A stretch of 64,000 bases of DNA from positions 1,952,001 through 2,016,000 of the forward strand of contig JBJBDL010000003.1 of NCBI GenBank assembly GCA_047285305.1, written 5' to 3'. This DNA comes from Synechococcus sp. (GTDB lineage Bacteria > Cyanobacteriota > Cyanobacteriia > PCC-6307 > Cyanobiaceae). Below the pieces are notes generated by a model. The model ran no database searches. It was given only the letters and a program-made list of their open reading frames with translations, and was not told where the DNA came from. Shown piece by piece: positions 1 through 7,569 of this stretch. Each line of letters starts with the position of its first letter. Position 1 is the first letter of the stretch. Position numbers and translations under genes: made by a program.

Positions 1-236
1 CCAGCGTCAGCGCCATGTTCGGCTTCTTCCTGTGCGAGGGACCCGTGCGCAATTTTGAAGAAGCCAAGAGTACGGATTCAGAACGTTTCGGCAAACTGCA
101 TCGCGCCATGCTCGAGCGAGGCATCTACCTCGCACCGTCAGCGTTCGAAGCCGGTTTCACGTCCCTGGCTCACTCCGATGCCGACATCGAAGCCACGATC
201 AACGCCTTCCGCGAAAGCTTCGCGGCTGTGGCCTGA
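1..236 (+). CDS. hemL: Glutamate-1-semialdehyde 2,1-aminomutase, 3' part (runs off window)
   Basis: C-terminal motif MFGFF...[22 protein letters not shown] typical of GSA aminotransferase. Confidence 0.95.
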   Translation, partial: SVSAMFGFFLCEGPVRNFEEAKSTDSERFGKLHRAMLERGIYLAPSAFEAGFTSLAHSDADIEATINAFRESFAAVA

Positions 237-293
237 TCATTCCGTGCTGGCCTCAGCCCCCCTCCACTTCAACTGGTTTGCACCATTCAGACC

Positions 294-641
294 GTGGAGG
301 CCAGGTGGTCTGGCCGCCCGATTGCAATCATCCGACAGCTCGAGCAGCAGCAGCAGTTTCGGGTTGAGCGGGGTGAGAACCCTGCGATTGAACCGAGGAC
401 GATGATCGACATCAGACTCACCCCCCTGGTGGAGCGCTTCAGCAGTTCCGGTGTTGAGCAGATCGTGGGTTCTCGCATGACCTATCACTGGTCCTGCAAA
501 GCCCCGTTAGTAGCGCTCACATTCAATGTCTCCGTCGCCTCCAGCAGTCCTGCCAAAGAGAGTTGTGTCGATGTAAGCGGAGATCTGGTCATTGATATTC
601 AAAAGGGATTCGAACTCAGCCAGCAATCCCGGCTGACCTAA
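294..641 (+). CDS. Hypothetical protein; start uncertain, possibly 5'-truncated
   Basis: 115-codon ORF filling the hemL-cdd gap; frame stays open back to the hemL stop with no ATG/GTG/TTG before GTG 294. Confidence 0.45.
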   Translation: MEARWSGRPIAIIRQLEQQQQFRVERGENPAIEPRTMIDIRLTPLVERFSSSGVEQIVGSRMTYHWSCKAPLVALTFNVSVASSSPAKESCVDVSGDLVIDIQKGFELSQQSRLT

Positions 642-684
642 TCAGCTGGGACGAAAACCCTGAGCAGCTTTTTTGAAACGGCCT

Positions 685-1104
685 ATGGCTCCTGCTGAGA
701 ACAACTCTGGGTCGTTACTGGTGCGAGCTCGCCGAGCCGCCGAACGTGCCCATTGCCCCTACTCAAACTTCCACGTGGGGGCTGCAGTGCGGTGTGATGA
801 CGGCAGTGTGATCGACGGCTGCAATGTGGAAAATGCCAGTTATGGACTGAGCATCTGCGCAGAGCGGGTCGCCCTTTTCACGGCGATCAGCCAAGGCAAA
901 CAACCGATTGAACTGGCCGTGAGCTGCATCGATGCCCAGAACGATGCAGCCACTGGATCCTGCATGCCATGCGGCGCCTGCCGTCAGGTGATGCAGGAAC
1001 TGCTGCCAAGCAAGGCCAAGGTGAGCATCGATGGTGTGGGCACAAGGCAACTCGAGCAACTTCTTCCTGCTCCCTTTGAACTGAAACAACCAAACACCAA
1101 CTGA
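685..1104 (+). CDS. cdd: Cytidine deaminase
   Basis: PYSNFHVGAA, GCNVENASYGLSICAERVA and PCGACRQ zinc motifs of homotetrameric CDA. Confidence 0.95.
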   Translation: MAPAENNSGSLLVRARRAAERAHCPYSNFHVGAAVRCDDGSVIDGCNVENASYGLSICAERVALFTAISQGKQPIELAVSCIDAQNDAATGSCMPCGACRQVMQELLPSKAKVSIDGVGTRQLEQLLPAPFELKQPNTN

Positions 1105-1176
1105 TCACCACCATCACAGCCCTGAAGCGCTCATCCAAGAGCGAGCAGCATCAAAAGACCACGATTCAACCGAAAA

Positions 1177-1647
1177 TCAAGATCGCGCCCAACAGGCCAA
1201 GGCTTTCTCGGGATCAATGATGTCAGACACATCGCTGTAGACGTACTTCTGCCACTCCCGCTCAGGGAGACCGGCAAACACCATCAGGTTGAGCGGATAC
1301 TGTTCGGAATCGGTGCACCTGCGGAAATCATCCCGAAACAGGAAGGTGGGTTTACCCAGGGCAATGGCGGCACCAAGCTCCACCATGACCCCTTCATCGG
1401 GAGGCGTTCCATTCACGATGGCGAACAGTGCATCGGCATCACGCACATCCTGTAGATCCCGCTGCGCGACGCGATAGGCCCATCCCGGTTCCGCCAGATT
1501 CACCTGACCATTGCGAGCAAAGGGCTCCCAGACCTCTAATCCCAGGGCTTCCAATGCCCCGATGAACTCCGGCAACAACAGCCGCTTCCATTGCTCCGAA
1601 AAGCCATAAGGAGACGCCAGATAAATCGTGCGTGCGCTGTTGTTCAT
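1177..1647 (-). CDS. Nucleoside 2-deoxyribosyltransferase family protein
   Basis: IYLASP, DLQDVRDAD, DEGVMVELG motifs; ATG overlaps the upstream PRTase stop (TGATG). Confidence 0.9.
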   Translation of the reverse strand: MNNSARTIYLASPYGFSEQWKRLLLPEFIGALEALGLEVWEPFARNGQVNLAEPGWAYRVAQRDLQDVRDADALFAIVNGTPPDEGVMVELGAAIALGKPTFLFRDDFRRCTDSEQYPLNLMVFAGLPEREWQKYVYSDVSDIIDPEKALACWARS

Positions 1648-2039
1648 CACAGGCCCCGGGAGGCGCGGTACGCCTGCTCATCGGCACGGGCCTGTTCAAG
1701 GTTCTCCCAAGGAAACACCAGCCATTGCGAGGACTCGGCAACCTCAGCTGCCACCCACCAATCAGGACGCACCTTGCTGACCCAAACAGCAAAGGATGCC
1801 TGCGGCACCTGAACTTTCAACGTCTGCAGGGTGCGTCCGGTTTCATAGACATCATCCACAATCAGGGCTGATTGCTCAGGTGCTGAGAGCAAGGGGCAAT
1901 CGATGGCATGGCTGAGGGCTACAGCAAGACACAGCCCTCCACGAGGGACCCCATAAACGCCACTCACCGCAGAATCGGCAAAGCGTGAAGCCAACTGCTG
2001 CACCGCCTGATCGAATTGAGCCCAGCTCAGTACCTGCAT
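1647..2039 (-). CDS. Type I phosphoribosyltransferase (purine salvage, Gpt/Hpt-like)
   Basis: GVPRGG loop, PRPP-binding LIVDDVYETGRT, C-terminal WLVFPWE. Confidence 0.9.
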   Translation of the reverse strand: MQVLSWAQFDQAVQQLASRFADSAVSGVYGVPRGGLCLAVALSHAIDCPLLSAPEQSALIVDDVYETGRTLQTLKVQVPQASFAVWVSKVRPDWWVAAEVAESSQWLVFPWENLEQARADEQAYRASRGL

Positions 2040-2053
2040 AGCCGGAGAATGAC

Positions 2054-2199
2054 ACATCCACGCAGTGATGCCCCTTGAGCCAAGACATCCCGCCCCAGGA
2101 ACAAAATCGCAAATGGTTTCGCAGCCATCTGCTCAGCCGGGAACTGGAATTACAGGAGCTCTATGACCTGCCGCAGGGAGAGCTGGATCTCGTGATGGC
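2054..2199 (+). repeat. Left copy of 146-bp direct repeat bounding the island
   Basis: Matches 6583-6728 with 5 substitutions and no indels (by-eye alignment). Confidence 0.95.
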
Positions 2200-2251
2200 A
2201 TCAAATGGTCTGCTTATGCCACTGACAGCGATGACAAAACCCTGCCGGTGA
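2075..2251 (+). pseudogene. 5' fragment of the 6604-6858 gene fused to island sequence (58 aa)
   Basis: TTG start; first ~41 codons match the 6604 ORF (SQDIPPQEQNRKWFRSHLL...LDLVMA), then unrelated tail to TGA. Confidence 0.8.
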
Positions 2252-2558
2252 TCCACTCACCACAACTCAGACAACATTCAGCCGTATGAGGGATAGGATC
2301 TGGGATGAAGCAAAACTCGGGATCACACATCCAACAAAATTTGATTGCCAGAAAATCCGATGTGGGCATAGGGCAATGAAAGATAAGGACAGTCGAAAAA
2401 TTGAAGACGTACGCAATAAATCAAAAAATTATCGAAAGATCTGCATTTAAAACACTACGAAACAAACAGCTTTGCTTAATCCGAATTTAATTTATCGCAA
2501 CAACAAATGCTCACAATTTAACAGGAACTTGCTTGAATATCCAACAAAAATATAGAAT

Positions 2559-2999
2559 TCACTTACAGTATTTTAAAACATTTTCCAACACTTTCCCAAT
2601 TGCAGCCTTTTGACCGTTGAGACTCCCTTCAATCTGAGCAACAGACTGCTGTTTAATTTGAGCAGGGGTATTCGCAGGCAAAGAGTTCAACAAACCGCTC
2701 ATTTGAAGGTAAGTGGCATTAAACCCCTCCATTCTTTGCACCAAGTCGTAAGTCGGCAAAGAGCAACTCGACAACCCTTCGCTCAGACCAATCATTTTCC
2801 ACGCGTCTTGTTCTACTGCTTGAACTAGGCTGTAATTACTAGGATCACCTGCATAAGAATAAGCCTTGGCTTTAATCTCTTCAGCCAAAATTTCTCTTTG
2901 GGATGGCTTGATACTCTGCGCCTTCAACGGAAGTGCCACGAAGCATGTTGCAGAGAGAAGCGCAGCAAAAAGAGACGCAGACCTAGAAAGAGAAATCAT
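2559..2999 (-). CDS. Hypothetical exported protein, predicted helical
   Basis: 146 aa ORF; hydrophobic N-terminus ending ...ALPLKA resembles a Sec signal peptide. Confidence 0.75.
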   Translation of the reverse strand: MISLSRSASLFAALLSATCFVALPLKAQSIKPSQREILAEEIKAKAYSYAGDPSNYSLVQAVEQDAWKMIGLSEGLSSCSLPTYDLVQRMEGFNATYLQMSGLLNSLPANTPAQIKQQSVAQIEGSLNGQKAAIGKVLENVLKYCK

Positions 3000-3010
3000 C
3001 TAAGATTGAA

Positions 3011-3019
3011 TGTTATAAT
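3011..3019 (+). promoter_or_regulatory. Extended -10 promoter TGnTATAAT in the 41-bp divergent gap
   Basis: TGTTATAAT about 20 nt upstream of ATG 3041; the opposite strand has an overlapping TATTAT facing the 2999 gene. Confidence 0.5.
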
Positions 3020-3040
3020 ACGAATAATCATACCATTGCA

Positions 3041-3448
3041 ATGCCAGCAGCAAGCAAAATCATTGCCTCATTAATCGGCACTGGTATTTCACTACTTGCT
3101 CCTACTCGAGCATGGAGTGCTGCAGAATTTAATAACCTGACATGTGTAGTAGAGCTTAAAACCGAACAACAGTGCAATATCTCTATTCACAAACGTGCCA
3201 TGATTATCAAATTTCCGAATGGTCGAACTAATAGAGTCAGGCTCTCAAAGATAAGACGATGGGCTTACACTAATCAGAGCGAACTCAAAGGTTTTATTTT
3301 TACTTGGGTGAAGCATCGCCATGTTTTTGGTATTAGCTTCAGGAATATAGATGGTGACACTGAGCAAATGGCTGTAGCTTTTGACGACAGTCAATATGTA
3401 CAACCATTCACTTTCTTTTTGGAAGGAACTGGTCCAGCTTTTGATTAA
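3041..3448 (+). CDS. Hypothetical exported beta-rich protein
   Basis: 135 aa ORF with signal-peptide-like N-terminus (…TRAWSA) and an N-terminal Cys pair. Confidence 0.75.
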   Translation: MPAASKIIASLIGTGISLLAPTRAWSAAEFNNLTCVVELKTEQQCNISIHKRAMIIKFPNGRTNRVRLSKIRRWAYTNQSELKGFIFTWVKHRHVFGISFRNIDGDTEQMAVAFDDSQYVQPFTFFLEGTGPAFD

Positions 3449-4218
3449 TCCACCCTGTCAGCTAAATACTCAACTGACTTATAAATTGCATCTGTCATAG
3501 CTGCCCTTGTTCCAGCATCCATGCCTCCATAACCACCAAATCCACTTAATTCATATCCCGCACCACTTTTTTTAGTTGAGTTTACATCTCCAGAAAAAGA
3601 TCGACTAGCAACAATATCTTCCGCAGAAACACTTATGACATCTATTTTTACAGTGACGTTAGCAGTCTTTGTAGTTTTCCGCTCGACTCCTGCCCCAAAA
3701 CCCATGAAACCCATTTTCACCTTTTGATCCGAAGACTGGGTAGAATCCTTATTTAAAACAACAGGTCTAACAATATATTTTGCACCCAAAGTTCTTGAAG
3801 CCGTAATTAGTTCAGGGATGTACATATCATTAGTGTAATCAATCCTTGGTCCGCCCATAGATGATCCCGATAGGAAGGGATTGGCGTTCGCGACTTGTGA
3901 ACCTTTTACGACTTTTTGAAGTGCAGAATTAACTTTAAACCAGGATACTGTTTTTGCACCGCCATCTCGGACCAATTGATTAAAGACTTCTGTGCAAAAT
4001 TCATTTTTAGTGGGACCACCCATCATTTGATTGCCAGATTTATCCATGCAAGGCATTAAAATAATCGATGATCTTGTAATGAATTCGACGTTTTTGATTC
4101 TTTCCTCAGCGTAAACCTGGCAAGAAGAGCCGATAAGCGAGGCAAGCAGAAAGGAGCCGTATACAAACTTTCGCGGAGCATTTTGCTTGCACGCTGTTAC
4201 GATGACTGACGCAGCCAT
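3445..4218 (-). CDS. CsgG/HfaB-like envelope protein
   Basis: Signal-like N-terminus; LGAKYIVRPVV, Gly-rich hairpin GFMGFGAGV, ANVTVKIDVISV..DIVAS, second Gly-rich hairpin and C-terminal helix follow the CsgG-family layout. Confidence 0.65.
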   Translation of the reverse strand: MAASVIVTACKQNAPRKFVYGSFLLASLIGSSCQVYAEERIKNVEFITRSSIILMPCMDKSGNQMMGGPTKNEFCTEVFNQLVRDGGAKTVSWFKVNSALQKVVKGSQVANANPFLSGSSMGGPRIDYTNDMYIPELITASRTLGAKYIVRPVVLNKDSTQSSDQKVKMGFMGFGAGVERKTTKTANVTVKIDVISVSAEDIVASRSFSGDVNSTKKSGAGYELSGFGGYGGMDAGTRAAMTDAIYKSVEYLADRVD

Positions 4219-4236
4219 AGTCTTCTAAAATTCACG

Positions 4237-4677
4237 ATGAAAATAATAGCACTTGTCTGCCTGGCAATCGCATCAATACATACTGCAGAAAAAGCCTATG
4301 CTTCACCCGCTAAGTTCAATTCACTGTGTGCCATGACCGGTGCATTTAGCAGGTGTTCAGTTGAATTCGAAGAAAATCAACTCGTTTTCGTATCTATGGA
4401 TGGATTCAATGAAATGGACTATTGCAGCAGGAGATCAATATCTTACCGATCAAATCCCTCATCTCCTTACAGGAAGGTTTCTGGATCTGAATCAATGATC
4501 GTCAATACCGTCAAAAGAGAAAAGGGTATTGACCATGATTTTCTTTTCAAGTATGCGAATAATAATTCTCAAGAAAGAGCTTCAAGAGTAATAGTAAGAT
4601 TCAAAAATCACAAAGTTGCAGTTAATTTCGCTGAAAAAGTATCTGAATCAATTAAATACTGCCAAGTGGATCCATAA
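4237..4677 (+). CDS. Hypothetical exported protein, probable distant paralog of 3041-3448
   Basis: MKIIALVCLAIASIHTAEKAYA signal peptide; FNSLC..C pattern shared with the 3041 ORF. Confidence 0.75.
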   Translation: MKIIALVCLAIASIHTAEKAYASPAKFNSLCAMTGAFSRCSVEFEENQLVFVSMDGFNEMDYCSRRSISYRSNPSSPYRKVSGSESMIVNTVKREKGIDHDFLFKYANNNSQERASRVIVRFKNHKVAVNFAEKVSESIKYCQVDP

Positions 4678-4697
4678 AGAATTATATGAGCAACACA

Positions 4698-4841
4698 TTA
4701 CTTGAATCTAGACTTTTTTTCCTGCTTGTAAAAGCCGGCAATTGCCTTACTGACCAACTCTGATGGTGAGCCATACAGGCGATTCCTACGAATCATCTCA
4801 CGAATATACGTTTCAGATTGACGATCTAGTTTGCTATTCAT
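4698..4841 (-). CDS. Small ribbon-helix-helix protein (ParD/CC2985-like pattern), 47 aa
   Basis: MNSKLDRQSETYIREMIRRNRLYGSPSELVSKAI resembles the MNxxL...I...GxYxSxSE+V..A+ RHH pattern. Confidence 0.55.
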   Translation of the reverse strand: MNSKLDRQSETYIREMIRRNRLYGSPSELVSKAIAGFYKQEKKSRFK

Positions 4842-4999
4842 CGACTTGGAAAGTGCTTGAAGTACAAATCTTCCATTGCCACCTTGTAGCAACCAGACCG
4901 TGTCAACCTGGTCTTACGCATCAAGGCTTCCTCCATCTGACGAAAAGCATTCACTTCTCGTCGATTGAAGGAGACATTCGTAGAAGGGGTCTTAGTGAT
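4838..4999 (-). CDS. Small RHH-like protein, ~53 aa; non-canonical or lost start
   Basis: (I)TKTPSTNVSFNRREVNAFRQMEEALMRKTRLTRSGCYKVAMEDLYFKHFPSR*; its stop overlaps the next start as ATGA; not in ORF track. Confidence 0.45.
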   Translation of the reverse strand: MTKTPSTNVSFNRREVNAFRQMEEALMRKTRLTRSGCYKVAMEDLYFKHFPSR

Positions 5000-5532
5000 A
5001 TAGATAGTTTTTGAATAGAAAAGATAGTGATGTCAGTTGATCACGGATGAAACCAAGCTCGAGAGAATGAAGCCTCAGGCAACAAGCACACTTGACTTCT
5101 TGAAATCATTTGAATCTATTTATATATTTTCAACCTTGAAACCAATCACTTTTGAACCATGAAGTGCTCTAAAGCGGGCTTAAGCGCACTTAAAGCGGTA
5201 GCAGTGCGGAATCAAAGCTCAATAGCCAGAATCCAATCGATTCATACTCAAAGGAGTCTTGAATCCGAATTTCCTATACCTTCACCACTATGTATAAGAG
5301 TTTTCAGTCAGAAACAGTTATGCGTAGCCCGTTGTCATATTCAACTGAGGTTTATTTCAAGGGAATAAGGACTACTGGCGCTCATCACTAAGGATCCTTC
5401 GATTACCCCTGTAGAGATGTCTCGGTAGATGCCGTGATCTCCAGAGAGCATCAGAGATGCCCCTCTGAGGTGGAAGGCGAGTCACCCTCTCCTCATCAAC
5501 ACAAGCATCACCAGCCTCTGGTGATGGCACCT

Positions 5533-6351
5533 CTAAGACCTCTGGAGAGGGCAGCAGGAGGTGAGCTGCATGGTCTCTCTGTGCTGCCTCAGCACTTCAA
5601 CGACCTGCTTGCTCAACGGCACCACACGTGCCTTGCCTGTCTTGGTGCCTGACCACACCCGCTTAAGCGTGGCAGTGCCATCACGCCTGAGCGTCTTACT
5701 GATCAACAGCTCCCCTTCGTCCAGGCGCACGCAGTCCCAGGTCAGACCAATCACTTCTGCATTCCTGAGACCTGTACCCAGCCACAAGGCAAAGCAGGGG
5801 TAAAACCACTCCTCATTGCTTCTGAGGTCGTCCAGCACACTCTTGATCTCTTCCCTACTCAGCACCTCCTCCTGCACTGACCTTGCTGGCACCTTGACCT
5901 GAACCGAGCGCAATGGCTCATTGCCTGGTTGCACAGATCGAATCGTGCAAAGGATCGTGGACTGAGTGGATGCCGCTAACCCCTCTGCATTCATCCACGC
6001 AAGAAAGCGATCAACCTCGGGGTTGGTCCTAATTGGCAAGCCAAACCGCATTACCACTCGATAGGCATGCGTAACCCTTGCCTGCCTCTTCTCCTCTGCC
6101 AATGACCTCAGGGCATCGAGCAAGTCCTTGTCCCGACCCTCCACCAAGGGGCGGTATCGATTCAGGGATAAGTCCAAATCCCCTTGCTGAGCATCTCGCC
6201 AGATCTCGGCACAGATGGCTTGCCCCCTGGCTTGGGCGACTGGATCGTCAAAACGACCGATCCGATTGATGAAATGGTCTCGTCCACCCAACCTCAACCT
6301 GACTTGGAGAGCACCGTTGTTGTCCCTGACCCTGGGTGGCTTCTTCAGCAT
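5533..6351 (-). pseudogene. Tyrosine recombinase/integrase, C-terminally truncated
   Basis: N-terminal arm-binding-like domain; catalytic R (TGLRNAE) and K (TKTGKAR) present; no HxxR or Tyr nucleophile before the stop. Confidence 0.85.
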
Positions 6352-6582
6352 CTCTCTCCCTTACATGGGATTCGGGCTTAGGGCTGACACCTTTAAAAGC
6401 CAAGCCAGATCAGCAGATCCAGTAGCCCTTCGTAGCCCTAGACGAGATCCAGTGCCCTTTTGGCTTGGGTTCTGGCTTATGGACTAAGGAGAGTCCTGAG
6501 CGTCCTTGAGGGTCACCTTCAAAACCCCTGCAAGTACAAGGGATTGGGACTCCTCGCCTGACTCGCGGCGTCAGACTGCATT

Positions 6583-6728
6583 ACATCCACGCTGTGATGC
6601 CCCTTGAGCCGAGACATCCCGCCCCAAGAACAAAATCGCAAATGGTTTCGCAGCCATCTGCTCATCCGGGAACTGGAATTACAGGAGCTCTATGACCTGC
6701 CGCAGGGAGAGCTGGATCTAGTGATGGC
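6583..6728 (+). repeat. Right copy of 146-bp direct repeat
   Basis: Matches 2054-2199. Confidence 0.95.
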
Positions 6729-6858
6729 CGAGACCGCTGAAATCCGTTCGGACCCTGAAAACCGATCCCGTAGTTATGGGCGCTGGTGCACCGCCGGCTA
6801 TGTACTGGAACTCGCAAAGATCATCGATGCTCGACGGGCCCGGGACCTGAGCGCTTAA
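6604..6858 (+). CDS. Hypothetical protein (island target gene, full-length copy)
   Basis: 84 aa ORF with host-like GC; first half duplicated at 2075. Confidence 0.75.
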   Translation: MSRDIPPQEQNRKWFRSHLLIRELELQELYDLPQGELDLVMAETAEIRSDPENRSRSYGRWCTAGYVLELAKIIDARRARDLSA

Positions 6859-6972
6859 ACGTCGCCCCTAACCCTCACAAAAAAACATCCCAACCATGAT
6901 CGACGAGACTGAAAATCGTGCCTGAGCAATATTAAAACTCGTTTTTAAATCACCGAACTCGCTTTCTCCTGA

Positions 6973-7470
6973 TCAGCGATAGTTCTCAAACTGCAGAGGA
7001 ACGTCAAGATCATCCTCCTTACTTTTGACTAGCTGAATCGCGGCTTGCAAGTCATCTTTGCTCTTACCGGTGATCCGTACACTTTCACCCTGGATCGCCA
7101 CCGTCACCTTTTTGAGCTCATCGCGCACCATCTTGCTCAACTTCTTCGCAATCTCCTGACTGAGGCCCTTACGCAGTTTCACCACCTGCTTCACCCGATT
7201 GCCTCCGACGGTTTCAGGTGTCTGAAAATCGAAAATCTTGAGGGAGAGATTGCGTTTGGTCGCTTTAGTTCGCAGCACATCCTCCACCGCCTGAAGCGTC
7301 ATATCACTGGCCGTAGTGATCACCAGCTCCGTTTCCTCAAGATCGATCTCGGTGGCGGAATCCTTGAGGTCATAACGGTTGCCAACATCACGACGAACCT
7401 GATCAAGGGTGTTCACCAGCTCCTGACGATCAAAGTCAGAGACCACATCAAAGGAATAAGTGCTGGCCAT
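6973..7470 (-). CDS. yajQ: YajQ family nucleotide/c-di-GMP-binding protein
   Basis: SFDVVS..D.QEL.N, RYDLKDS, C-terminal PLQFENYR. Confidence 0.95.
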   Translation of the reverse strand: MASTYSFDVVSDFDRQELVNTLDQVRRDVGNRYDLKDSATEIDLEETELVITTASDMTLQAVEDVLRTKATKRNLSLKIFDFQTPETVGGNRVKQVVKLRKGLSQEIAKKLSKMVRDELKKVTVAIQGESVRITGKSKDDLQAAIQLVKSKEDDLDVPLQFENYR

Positions 7471-7569
7471 GTCGCAAACTTGTCGATCATCCAGTTTAGA
7501 AACCCATCGATCTCCAGCAGGGTGTGGTCCACCGGAGCCCGTTAGGGTCCCGAGGATTAATTGGATGTC

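Larger units (their letters stand above)
2054..6728. mobile_element. Integrase-bearing genomic island, probably degenerate, inserted in a protein-coding gene
   Basis: Flanking direct repeats, tyrosine integrase near right end, markedly AT-rich cargo (~2200-5400) versus GC-rich flanks. Confidence 0.85.

Noticed and set aside
2329..2549. ATCCAACAAAA repeated at about 2329 and 2539
   Set aside because: Only 11 bp in AT-rich DNA; chance cannot be excluded
4763..5368. Plus-strand ORFs 4763-5014 and 5159-5368
   Set aside because: No recognisable motifs; the first is antisense to the better-supported coupled RHH-like pair
2559..6351. Integron (integrase plus cassettes)
   Set aside because: Cargo genes alternate orientation, no repeated attC-like hairpins were seen, and the integrase has an arm-binding-type N-terminus unlike IntI
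2054..6728. Prophage or phage satellite
   Set aside because: No capsid, terminase, primase/helicase or tail genes recognisable
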